A stretch of DNA of 27,953 bases from a virus (lineage: Duplodnaviria; Caudoviricetes), in IMG/VR virus record IMGVR_UViG_3300046007_003530, positions 1 to 27,953 of that record. One strand, given 5' to 3'. The notes beneath the pieces were generated by a model, which worked only from the letters and a program-made list of their open reading frames with translations, had not been told where the DNA came from and did no database searches. The translations under genes were made by a program, and so were the position numbers. Within the stretch, counting starts at the first letter, position 1. Each line of letters starts with the position of its first letter. Positions 17,076 to 25,099 of the stretch are shown in pieces.

Positions 17076-17081
17076 TATTTA
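17076..17081 (-). promoter_or_regulatory. Late promoter (CTAAATA) for the gp14-gp15-Nudix operon
   Basis: Minus strand reads GCTAAATATAAAATAATGGGAAAATATTGTG. Confidence 0.65.
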
Positions 17082-17094
17082 GCGGACACCAAAA

Positions 17095-17123
17095 TTGACA
17101 CAAATTAGGTTTAGCTATATACT
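17095..17123 (+). promoter_or_regulatory. sigma70-type early promoter
   Basis: TTGACA (17095-17100), 17 nt spacer, TATACT (17118-17123). Confidence 0.85.
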
Positions 17124-17128
17124 AAACT

Positions 17129-17410
17129 ATGAGTGATTTTAATTCGCTTGACGATTGGCCTGCAATAGACAGTCAAATAAGGCGCAATCTATGGGCCATG
17201 TACAACTTGGCAAACAAACGCCAATTGGAGCGTATGTACAGAACTCTAGAGGCAAGTGTAAACGAACTTAGCCGTTTAAATGTAGATAGACGTAAGTACG
17301 GACACTCTGTGCGCTACGACGAGCAGTTAACAAAAGTGCAACAAGAGTTGCAAGAATTGCAAGGTTGGCTAATGTTTGGTGCCCTACTTGACGAAAAACC
17401 CAAAGAGTAG
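17129..17410 (+). CDS. Hypothetical alpha-helical (coiled-coil) early protein, probably leaderless
   Basis: 93 aa; ATG 5 nt after the -10 box, no RBS. Confidence 0.7.
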   Translation: MSDFNSLDDWPAIDSQIRRNLWAMYNLANKRQLERMYRTLEASVNELSRLNVDRRKYGHSVRYDEQLTKVQQELQELQGWLMFGALLDEKPKE

Positions 17411-17416
17411 TATAAT
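17388..17416 (+). promoter_or_regulatory. sigma70-type early promoter
   Basis: TTGACG (17388-17393), 17 nt spacer, TATAAT (17411-17416). Confidence 0.85.
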
Positions 17417-17445
17417 TATATTTTATACAACTCAAGGAGTTTGTA

Positions 17446-18615
17446 ATGGCACTTGCACAGTCTATCAAAGCACCCAAAAAAGCCCCACCAAAAAAGCGTG
17501 ACCCACTGTTTGCTGATGAAAAGCACACAGGGCGTGAACCAGTGTGGGATACAGAACGGGCACTTGCTATGACACAAGCGGAATTTGATCATCACTTGCG
17601 TAAGAGTTTTTTCTACTACAATTATTTTTACGGTGCCAAAGACCTAAAAAAGTATGTGGTAGATTGGATGAAGGATCATTACAGTAAAGCAGATGTTAGC
17701 CGCTTTATCCGCAGTAGTGATCGGTTACTTCCTATCACTGTTTGTAGTTTGATTAAAGCACACAAACAGGGCATGCCATTGCGTGAAAAAGAACTCAAGT
17801 ACGTTCAAAATCGCATTTACGAAATATTGGGTAGCGATATTCCTGATGAAGTTGTACAAAATACCGCAGTTGTTGCACCCGCTGCGGTCAAGACTATTCA
17901 AGACAGACTCAATGAGAAAACCAGTGAGCATCTTGCACACTTTGAGGGACTGTACGACGAAGTAGTGCAGGGCAAAACAGTAGATTCTAAGGCATATGAT
18001 TACTTTGTTAGTAATAACGTGCCACAAGGTCAATTGGGCAAATTTGAAAACTATATTGATACACAAAGGATGTATCTGACAGCGGCCATGGACAAGTTGG
18101 ACGAACAATTTGTAGAAGCGTATAAGCACTATCGTGCTGCTGATTTCAAAAGACATTTTGCTTTTTTTGATAGCATGCAAACTGCTATTGATCAATATCG
18201 CAATGTTAAGAAAGCTACCAAAAAGGCTAGAGTCAAGCGAGCACCCAACAAAGAAAAAGTTGTAAGCAAGCTCAAATATATGAAGGAAGAAAAGACTTTA
18301 AAACTAGTCTCTATTAATCCTGTTGATATAATTGGCGCACAAGAGTTATGGTGCTACAACACCAAGACTCGTAAACTGTACAAGTACATAGCCGATAGTG
18401 TAACCGGTCCATTGGGTATCAAAGGCACAAGCCTAACTGGATTTAACACAACCACATCAGTGGGTAAAACACTTAGAAAGCCCGAAGAAAAACTCAAAGA
18501 GTTCTTCAAAGCTACCAAAGTGCAATTACGTAAGTTTTTAGAAGATATCAAAGCCACTGAAACTACGGGCAACGGACGTATAAGTGCTGACATGATCTTG
18601 CTACGTATCAATTGA
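17446..18615 (+). CDS. Hypothetical protein, basic and largely helical (389 aa)
   Basis: AAGGAG RBS; Lys-rich N-terminus; C-terminal LVSINPVDIIGA.ELW.YNTKTRKL...KTLRKPEE domain; function not recognised. Confidence 0.8.
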   Translation: MALAQSIKAPKKAPPKKRDPLFADEKHTGREPVWDTERALAMTQAEFDHHLRKSFFYYNYFYGAKDLKKYVVDWMKDHYSKADVSRFIRSSDRLLPITVCSLIKAHKQGMPLREKELKYVQNRIYEILGSDIPDEVVQNTAVVAPAAVKTIQDRLNEKTSEHLAHFEGLYDEVVQGKTVDSKAYDYFVSNNVPQGQLGKFENYIDTQRMYLTAAMDKLDEQFVEAYKHYRAADFKRHFAFFDSMQTAIDQYRNVKKATKKARVKRAPNKEKVVSKLKYMKEEKTLKLVSINPVDIIGAQELWCYNTKTRKLYKYIADSVTGPLGIKGTSLTGFNTTTSVGKTLRKPEEKLKEFFKATKVQLRKFLEDIKATETTGNGRISADMILLRIN

Positions 18616-18621
18616 GCAGAC

Positions 18622-18654
18622 GGGTGTTCTGGTAAATACATTATCAGGACACCC
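18622..18654 (+). promoter_or_regulatory. 14-bp RBS-sequestering hairpin containing a late promoter (TAAATA 18633-18638)
   Basis: GGGTGTTCTGGTAA-ATACA-TTATCAGGACACCC pairs fully with two G-U wobbles and covers the AGGA RBS of gp13. Confidence 0.8.
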
Positions 18655-18656
18655 AA

Positions 18657-19577
18657 ATGGCTACAGCAGATACTACCAACTTTGACGCTAACGGCGTATT
18701 AATCACCGACACTCTATTCAATGGAAATATAGGTTCAGGTACCGGGCACATTGCCTATGATCCCACTGAAACTTTGGGAAATATTTCAGCACCTGAGCTA
18801 GATACTGTAAACAGCAAACGTACAGAAATAACAGACTACATCAGACTAAGATTAGCAGACGGCATTGTAGATGTTGAACTGGACAAAGAACACTACGAAC
18901 TGGCAATCAAACAAGCCCTAATAAAATATCGCCAACGTGCTGCTAACAGTCAAGAAGAATCCTATGCGTTCTTGAAATTAGAACCAGAAACACAAGAATA
19001 CATACTACCCAACGAAGTAATGGAAGTCAGAGCAGCATCTCGCAGAGGTATTGGCTCGGTTACTGGTACAACTGCTAGTCAATTTGAACCTTTTAGTTCT
19101 GGGTATCTAAACACTTATATGCTAGTAGCAGGTCGTGTTGGCGGCTTGTTAAGCTACGAACTGTTTGTAGATTACCAAAAATTATCAATGCGTATGTTTG
19201 GTGGCCACTTGAATTTTACGTTTAATAAAACCACTAAAAAACTTACAATAATTAGAAAAATTCCTTTTGCAGGCGCTAATCAAAATCCAAGAGAAATGGA
19301 AGATGTATTGTTGCACATCTACAATTACAAGCCAGATTCTATGTTGTTAAATGACTATCAAGCTTTTCCTTGGATACAAGAATATGCTTATAGCTTTGCT
19401 AAACGTATTTTAGGTGAAGCTAGAGAAAAATTTGCAACAATTGCTGGACCACAAGGCGGTACCCAGCTTAACGGTGCAAGCCTAAAAGCTGAAGCAGTTG
19501 CTGAAATGACTGAATTAGAACAGGCGCTCAAAGACTATGTGGATGGTTCACAACCGCTTACTTGGGTAATAGGATAA
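18657..19577 (+). CDS. gp13: Neck protein (T4 gp13-like head-tail adaptor)
   Basis: DYIRLRLADGIVDVELDKEH...AL..Y...WIQEYA..AK.ILGEAR.KF..I.GP.GG..LNG..L..EA..E...LE..L, the gp13 signature. Confidence 0.88.
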   Translation: MATADTTNFDANGVLITDTLFNGNIGSGTGHIAYDPTETLGNISAPELDTVNSKRTEITDYIRLRLADGIVDVELDKEHYELAIKQALIKYRQRAANSQEESYAFLKLEPETQEYILPNEVMEVRAASRRGIGSVTGTTASQFEPFSSGYLNTYMLVAGRVGGLLSYELFVDYQKLSMRMFGGHLNFTFNKTTKKLTIIRKIPFAGANQNPREMEDVLLHIYNYKPDSMLLNDYQAFPWIQEYAYSFAKRILGEAREKFATIAGPQGGTQLNGASLKAEAVAEMTELEQALKDYVDGSQPLTWVIG

Positions 19578-19951
19578 TGAAAATCAAAGATATTATATCA
19601 GAAAGTCGCGGCGAACTCAAACGTCGTCAAAGATTTGCAATGCGTGGACTAAACAAGTTTACCGACGGTGCAAAATGGAACAGTGATTATACATTGTACC
19701 GCTTAGGGCTAGCACTAGCAGCTACTGATGGTAAAACTATACCTGATGTTGACGAAGAATCATGGATGGGAAAATGGAAAGTAACTGCACCATACAGCAA
19801 AGAAGAACAGGATATGCTACATGTGGCTTACAAAGCAGTGAACGCTAATCATGAAGATATGAACAACGGGGATATGCGTAGTCAAGAAGGAGCAACTATC
19901 AACAGAACCAGTCCAGTTGCTGGTAAGAAAAAAAACAAATATGGCGTTTGA
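19577..19951 (+). CDS. Hypothetical late protein, probable internal head protein (MKIKDIISE N-terminus)
   Basis: ATG 19577 overlaps the gp13 stop (TAATG); the N-terminus resembles T4 capsid-targeting leaders. Confidence 0.6.
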   Translation: MKIKDIISESRGELKRRQRFAMRGLNKFTDGAKWNSDYTLYRLGLALAATDGKTIPDVDEESWMGKWKVTAPYSKEEQDMLHVAYKAVNANHEDMNNGDMRSQEGATINRTSPVAGKKKNKYGV

Positions 19952-19976
19952 CGTTGTTGTAAATTTAATATAAAAT
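19948..19976 (+). promoter_or_regulatory. sigma70-type promoter for dNMP kinase
   Basis: TTGACG (19948-19953), 17 nt spacer, TAAAAT (19971-19976). Confidence 0.75.
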
Positions 19977-19997
19977 GCTCCTTAGGGGGCATTTTTT
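19972..19997 (+). terminator. Intrinsic terminator-like hairpin overlapping the -10 box and the dNMP kinase RBS
   Basis: AAAATGCTCC-TTAG-GGGGCATTTT(TT); stem with one G-U pair and a U-tract, ending immediately before ATG 19998. Confidence 0.7.
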
Positions 19998-20663
19998 ATG
20001 ATCATAGGTATTACAGGATTTATAGGATCAGGCAAAGACACAGCAGCAAATTATCTAGTGGCCAAACACGGATTTGCTAGAGACAGTTTTGCTGGTACTC
20101 TCAAGGATGCAGTGGCTCAAGTGTTTGGGTGGGATAGAGAACTGTTAGAAGGTTTAACACCCGAAGCTAGAGAATGGCGTGAACAAGTGGATACCTGGTG
20201 GGCAAGCAGGTTAAACATGCCCAATCTTACTCCTAGATATATGCTTCAACTTTGGGGCACAGAAGTGTGTCGTCAAGGATTTCATAATGACATTTGGATA
20301 GCTAGTTTAGAAAACAGAATACGCAAAACCACTCAAAATATTGTGATCAGTGATGTACGCTTTCCCAATGAAATGGATATTATAAGGAAAAATGGAGGTA
20401 TTTGCGTATGGGTAAAGCGTGGAGATTTACCCGAATGGTATGATTGTGCCCTTAGAGAAAATACTACACATGAAGATAGGCAGTGGCTTTTAGAAGATGC
20501 AGGACAGCTTATGCCACAACGCTACCCTAGAGTACATCACAGCGAGTGGGCATGGATTGGGCAGACTTTTAATTATGAAATTGAAAATAATGGTACGCTA
20601 GATGAACTTTATATAAAAATTAATAATCTGCTTCTAAGTCCGCTGGTTTCCAATTCAATTTAG
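19998..20663 (+). CDS. gp1: Deoxynucleoside monophosphate kinase (T4 gp1-like)
   Basis: IIGITGFIGSGKDT P-loop, SFA..LKD, TPR..LQ.WGTEV.R, ISDVRFPNE, H.SE, I.NNGTLDEL. Confidence 0.93.
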   Translation: MIIGITGFIGSGKDTAANYLVAKHGFARDSFAGTLKDAVAQVFGWDRELLEGLTPEAREWREQVDTWWASRLNMPNLTPRYMLQLWGTEVCRQGFHNDIWIASLENRIRKTTQNIVISDVRFPNEMDIIRKNGGICVWVKRGDLPEWYDCALRENTTHEDRQWLLEDAGQLMPQRYPRVHHSEWAWIGQTFNYEIENNGTLDELYIKINNLLLSPLVSNSI

Positions 20664-20970
20664 AGTCTTCCAGCGCAGCTTGACAGTTTAAACAAATTGT
20701 TTTTAAATTACTCCAGTCATTGTTTTTTAGATTGCCGTCTACGTAATATACCCTAAGTTGTTTCTTGACATTCTTTGCAACAAAATTGCATCGATCACAT
20801 TTGTGCTTTTTTTTGTATCCAGATTTTGACCAAGTTGGTGGCACTGGTTTAACTTTGGCTTTTTTCCTTAAACAAGCCGAACAGTGCTTTCTAAAGTAGG
20901 TTTTATTATCAACAACATAGTTAATAGCAGCTAAATTTTCGCTACACGCAGTACAATATGGTCTATACAT
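20620..20970 (-). CDS. Zn-binding HNH-fold protein with a degenerate active site
   Basis: Likely start ATG 20970 (MYRPYC...). Four CxxC pairs; LRVYYVDGNLKNNDWSNLKTICLNC corresponds to the usual HHxDG..NN..NL..LC..C, with His replaced by Tyr. Confidence 0.7.
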   Translation of the reverse strand: MYRPYCTACSENLAAINYVVDNKTYFRKHCSACLRKKAKVKPVPPTWSKSGYKKKHKCDRCNFVAKNVKKQLRVYYVDGNLKNNDWSNLKTICLNCQAALEDSKLNWKPADLEADY

Positions 20971-20975
20971 AACTT

Positions 20976-20983
20976 TATTTATA
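20976..20983 (-). promoter_or_regulatory. T4-type late promoter TATAAATA (leaderless)
   Basis: Minus strand reads TATAAATA-AAGTT-ATG. Confidence 0.75.
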
Positions 20984-21032
20984 TTCAAGACCTTTCAAAG
21001 GCACCAGCAAACAACCAAATTTTATTCCTTTA

Positions 21033-21040
21033 TATAAATA
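21033..21040 (+). promoter_or_regulatory. T4-type late promoter TATAAATA for the sheath gene
   Basis: Perfect T4 gp55 consensus 28 nt before ATG 21069, with an AAGGA RBS between. Confidence 0.85.
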
Positions 21041-21068
21041 CTTAAAAGTTTTTTTAAAGGATAAAAAA

Positions 21069-24000
21069 ATGGCCTTAGTATCCCCTGGTTTAGAAATTAC
21101 AGTATCAGACGAAAGCGTTTATGTACCTGGTGCTGTTGGCACAGTGCCGCTAGTAGTTTTAGCAACTGCCCAAGACAAAACAAATCCTGCAGGTTCTTCT
21201 GCAACCGACACTTCCGCAGCAAGAGCCGGTAAGCTTTTGACATTCACAAGTCAAAGAGAATTAATTAGTGCAATGGGTTACCCTACTTTTTACCAAAGTG
21301 CAGCTGGAACTCCATTGCATGGCGATGAAAGAAATGAGTACGGCTTGTTAGCGGCACACAGTGCCCTAGGACAAGTGAATAGACTGTTTGCTATTCGGGC
21401 AGATATTGATTTGGCGGCACTAGAACCTACTAGCGTAAGACCAACAGGTACAGTAGCTAACAACACATATTGGTTAGATTTAGCTGAAACTGCATGGGGT
21501 ATTAATGAATGGGATGCCGTGACAGGCAGCTTTACATTGAAGAGCCCAATTGTGATTACTTCGGCAAATGATGTAACCCTTTCTGGTGGTATAAACGTAC
21601 CCAAGGCCAGCATTGGACAAATTGGTAACTATGCTGTGGCATGGACTGGATCTAAGGTGTTGATTTTTTATAAAAATAGAAGTAATGTATGGGTAAGACC
21701 GGGCACAAGTACTTGGGAAACTTCATGGCCTACTATTAAGGCTACAACATCATCTAATTTACCAGCCGGTACTTACACACTAACAATTAATGCACAAAGT
21801 CCATTTACAGTTGGTAACGCTGGTAGTGCATACACCATGGCTCAAGTTGCATCACAAATTAATGGCGCATCAATTACTGGAGTCACAGCCGCAGCAGTTG
21901 ATGGAAAATTAGAAATTTATGCTACAAGTGCTTCTGCTAGCGACGGGTCAACAGCTAATGGTAGTATAGCTATTAGTGGTACAGGTGGTGTGTTGGGTTC
22001 ATTAGGTATTACTGCTGGCACATATGCCAACCCTAAATTAATTTATGGTTCTTTTGTTGACGCACCAAGTTGGTCAAGTTTTGACGCTGTTCCTAGACCA
22101 TCAGGATCAATTTTCTTGAAGATTGGCGCCACTGGTAATGGTGCAGATTTGGTAATTAAAAAATATTCAACAACATCTGATTCTTGGACCACACAAGCAG
22201 CTGATTTTTATAATACCCCAACTGCCGCAAGCTTCGGAATTGATCCAGCTGGTGGTGGTAACGGCATTGCAGTTGGAACACTTTGGATTTGGAATGATCC
22301 TTTAGAAACCGGTACTGCTGGATTCCAACCTGTCTATAGACGTGCAGCAGGACAAACTATTGTAACAGGTAGCACCTTAGCATCTAATCCTTTTTCAATA
22401 GGCGATAGAATTGACATTGCTGTTTCTACGCTAGGTTCTGGTACAGTAAATGCAGAAACTCAAATCACTTTAACTGGCACAACTCCTGAGAGTTTTGTTG
22501 CAGACATCTTGGCAGCGAATATTCCTGAAATTACTGTTTCTTTTGCAAATAGTAAGATCACATTTACTCACATCTATGGCGGTGAAATTTTAATCCAAGA
22601 TGGCGTGGGAACTCCTGTGTCAGATGCAGGGTTTACAACAAATACAGCTGGAACTTATTATTCAACCACATATGATGTGTTGGTACTTTCCAATTGGACT
22701 TTCCTAACATACACATACAGTTTAACTGAGCCATACCAGGCACCAGATGACGGAACTTTATGGTATTACGCAGATCCGGCATCAGTAGATATCATGATTA
22801 AAGAATCAACTGGATGGAAAGGATACAAGAGTTCATACTACGATGGATCTACTACAGAGGCCAGGGGTTATGATTTGTCTCTAACAGACCCAGCTGGTGT
22901 TATTGTTAGTGCAAGTCAGCCTGAAACTCAAAGCGATGGTGTCACTGCACTAGCAGCCGGAGACATTTGGTTAGATTCAGGCGATTTAGAAAATTATCCT
23001 GTGCTATATCGTTATGATGGTTCAGATTGGATTTTGATTGATAATAGCGATCAAGTAAGTCAAAATGGAATTATCTTTGCTGATGCAAGATGGGACGAAG
23101 ATGGCACAACTGACGTAATTACAGGAAGTTTACCAACAATTGCAAATGCAGATGATCAAGTTGGTTTGTTATACAGCGATTATATTGATCAAGACGCACC
23201 TGATCATAGATTGTATCCACGTGGTATTCTCATGTTTAACACACGTCGCAGCGGATTCAATGTTAAGAGATTTGTAGCAAACAAATTTAATGCAAATGAC
23301 TATCCTGATTTACCAACTGTACCCGGAGCAGATAGTTCTTTACCAACAGTAAAAGATACTTGGCAAACAGCTAGTGGCCTAAAAGACAACGGTAGTCCAT
23401 ATATGGGTCGCCAGGCACAAAGACGTATGGTAACTGCTGCAATGCAAGCAGCTCTAGTGTCTAACACTGAAATCAGAGAAGACCAATTTGCATTTAATAT
23501 TATAGTTGCTCCTGGATATCCAGAGTGTATAGATGAAATGGTGGCGTTAAATAATGACAGAAAGAACACTGCTTTTGTTATCGGCGACACACCTATGCGC
23601 CTTGCGCCAAATGCAGTAGATATTGCAAATTGGAGTAATAATACCAACGGAGACGGATTAGCCACAGCTGATCCTTACTTGGCAGTATACTATCCTAGCG
23701 GTAGATCCACTGATTTGTTGGGCAATGATGTAGTAGTTCCCTCAAGCCATATGGCTTTAAGAACTATTTTACAAAATGACAATGTAGCTTTTCAATGGTT
23801 CGCTCCAGCTGGTGCAAGAAGAGGTCTAGTAGATAATGCTAGCAGTATTGGATACATTGATGCAACTACCGGTGAATTTGTGTTTGACGGAATTAGATCA
23901 GGGTTAAGAGATACACTTTATGAAAATAAAATTAATCCTATCACTAATTTACCAGGAGTTGGTTTAGTAGTTTGGGGACAAAAAACACGTAATCCTATAA

Positions 24001-24332
24001 CAAGTGCAATGGATCGCATTAACGTAGCTAGATTAGTAAACTATCTACGCACAATATTTGCTAGAGTGGGTGATGGATTCTTATTTGAACCAAATGACAA
24101 AATCACAAGAGATCAAATTGCAAACATCATTAGTGGTGCAATTAACGATCTAGTTGCTAAGAGAGGCGTTTACGACTACTTGGTAATTTGTGATGAATCA
24201 AACAACACACCTACACGTATTGCACGTAATGAGTTGTATGTTGATATTGCAATCGAGCCTGTTAAAGCAGTGGAATTTATTTACATTCCAATCAGACTGA
24301 AGAACCCAGGTGACATTGCAGCAGGAATTTAA
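21069..24332 (+). CDS. gp18: Contractile tail sheath protein (gp18-like), enlarged to 1087 aa
   Basis: MALVSPGLEITVSDES N-terminus; C-terminal PSSHM...WFAPAG.RRG...RD.LYENKINPI...VVWGQKT...DRINVARL...FEPND..TR...V.CDESNNTP..I.RNEL.VDI.I.PVKAVEFIYI. Confidence 0.96.
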   Translation: MALVSPGLEITVSDESVYVPGAVGTVPLVVLATAQDKTNPAGSSATDTSAARAGKLLTFTSQRELISAMGYPTFYQSAAGTPLHGDERNEYGLLAAHSALGQVNRLFAIRADIDLAALEPTSVRPTGTVANNTYWLDLAETAWGINEWDAVTGSFTLKSPIVITSANDVTLSGGINVPKASIGQIGNYAVAWTGSKVLIFYKNRSNVWVRPGTSTWETSWPTIKATTSSNLPAGTYTLTINAQSPFTVGNAGSAYTMAQVASQINGASITGVTAAAVDGKLEIYATSASASDGSTANGSIAISGTGGVLGSLGITAGTYANPKLIYGSFVDAPSWSSFDAVPRPSGSIFLKIGATGNGADLVIKKYSTTSDSWTTQAADFYNTPTAASFGIDPAGGGNGIAVGTLWIWNDPLETGTAGFQPVYRRAAGQTIVTGSTLASNPFSIGDRIDIAVSTLGSGTVNAETQITLTGTTPESFVADILAANIPEITVSFANSKITFTHIYGGEILIQDGVGTPVSDAGFTTNTAGTYYSTTYDVLVLSNWTFLTYTYSLTEPYQAPDDGTLWYYADPASVDIMIKESTGWKGYKSSYYDGSTTEARGYDLSLTDPAGVIVSASQPETQSDGVTALAAGDIWLDSGDLENYPVLYRYDGSDWILIDNSDQVSQNGIIFADARWDEDGTTDVITGSLPTIANADDQVGLLYSDYIDQDAPDHRLYPRGILMFNTRRSGFNVKRFVANKFNANDYPDLPTVPGADSSLPTVKDTWQTASGLKDNGSPYMGRQAQRRMVTAAMQAALVSNTEIREDQFAFNIIVAPGYPECIDEMVALNNDRKNTAFVIGDTPMRLAPNAVDIANWSNNTNGDGLATADPYLAVYYPSGRSTDLLGNDVVVPSSHMALRTILQNDNVAFQWFAPAGARRGLVDNASSIGYIDATTGEFVFDGIRSGLRDTLYENKINPITNLPGVGLVVWGQKTRNPITSAMDRINVARLVNYLRTIFARVGDGFLFEPNDKITRDQIANIISGAINDLVAKRGVYDYLVICDESNNTPTRIARNELYVDIAIEPVKAVEFIYIPIRLKNPGDIAAGI

Positions 24333-24341
24333 TATAGGTAT

Positions 24342-24368
24342 ATATTAGGACCGTAATGGTCCTAATAT
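24342..24368 (+). terminator. Perfect 11-bp hairpin between sheath and tube genes (terminator or processing/stability element)
   Basis: ATATTAGGACC-GTAAT-GGTCCTAATAT followed by TT; only a short U-tract. Confidence 0.55.
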
Positions 24369-24386
24369 TTGACTGCTTAAAAATGG

Positions 24387-24392
24387 TAAATA
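24387..24392 (+). promoter_or_regulatory. Late promoter (GTAAATA) for the tail tube gene
   Basis: TAAATA 20 nt before ATG 24413; AGGAG RBS at 24401. Confidence 0.7.
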
Positions 24393-24412
24393 CCTATAAC
24401 AGGAGAAATTAA

Positions 24413-25048
24413 ATGGCAATAGCTTCATTAACAAGATTTACAGTACCGTTAGCTACTAACCAAAGTGCAACGTCACAAGGTTTATTAATGCCTAAGATGA
24501 AATATCGCTTTCGTGCGGTATTTGAAAATTTTGGCGTAAGTGCGGAACGAGTAGAACTGACAAAACAGGTATCTGATATCAGCCGTCCTAATGTAAACTT
24601 TAACCCTTTTACCGTTGAAGTTTATAACAGTAAAGTAAATTTAGTTGGTAAACCAAGTTGGGAACCAGTTAGTGTTAATTTACGTGATGATGCTGGCGGT
24701 AATGTTTCGAAACTAGTAGGCGAACAAATTCAGAAGCAATTTGACTTCGCAGAACAAGCATCTGCCTCTTCTGGCATCGACTATAAATTTGTATTAAAAT
24801 TTGAAATGCTAGATGGCAGCAATGGGGCTTCTCCCAAAGGCGGAAAAGGAAACGATGGTGTTTTAGAAACCTGGGAACTGTACGGAGCATTCTTAACATC
24901 AGTTAACTATGGTGAAATGAATTACGCCACTAGCGAGCCTGCAATGATTGTATTGAGTATTACCTATGACAACGCAGTTCAAACTCCAGCTGGTACAGGT
25001 GTTGGAACCGCTGTAGGAAGAACATTGGGCACACTAATTACTGGTTAA
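24413..25048 (+). CDS. gp19: Tail tube protein (gp19-like)
   Basis: Directly after the sheath; PKMKYRFR.F...KQV..I.RP.V...YNS...GK..W.P.SV.LRDD...ETWELYGAF...VNYG.MNY...I.LSI.YDNA. Confidence 0.9.
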   Translation: MAIASLTRFTVPLATNQSATSQGLLMPKMKYRFRAVFENFGVSAERVELTKQVSDISRPNVNFNPFTVEVYNSKVNLVGKPSWEPVSVNLRDDAGGNVSKLVGEQIQKQFDFAEQASASSGIDYKFVLKFEMLDGSNGASPKGGKGNDGVLETWELYGAFLTSVNYGEMNYATSEPAMIVLSITYDNAVQTPAGTGVGTAVGRTLGTLITG

Positions 25049-25068
25049 ATAATTTTGTGCTTTTTTAC

Positions 25069-25095
25069 AGCCCGGTAATTACCGGGCTTTTTTTT
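25069..25095 (+). terminator. Rho-independent terminator
   Basis: AGCCCGGT-AATT-ACCGGGCT, a GC-rich palindrome running into a T8 tract. Confidence 0.9.
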
Positions 25096-25099
25096 GGAA

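Noticed and set aside
25046-25095. TAAATA at the tube stop codon producing a ~40-nt small RNA ending at the terminator
   Set aside because: TAA stop plus AT-rich flank gives this hexamer easily by chance; no other support.
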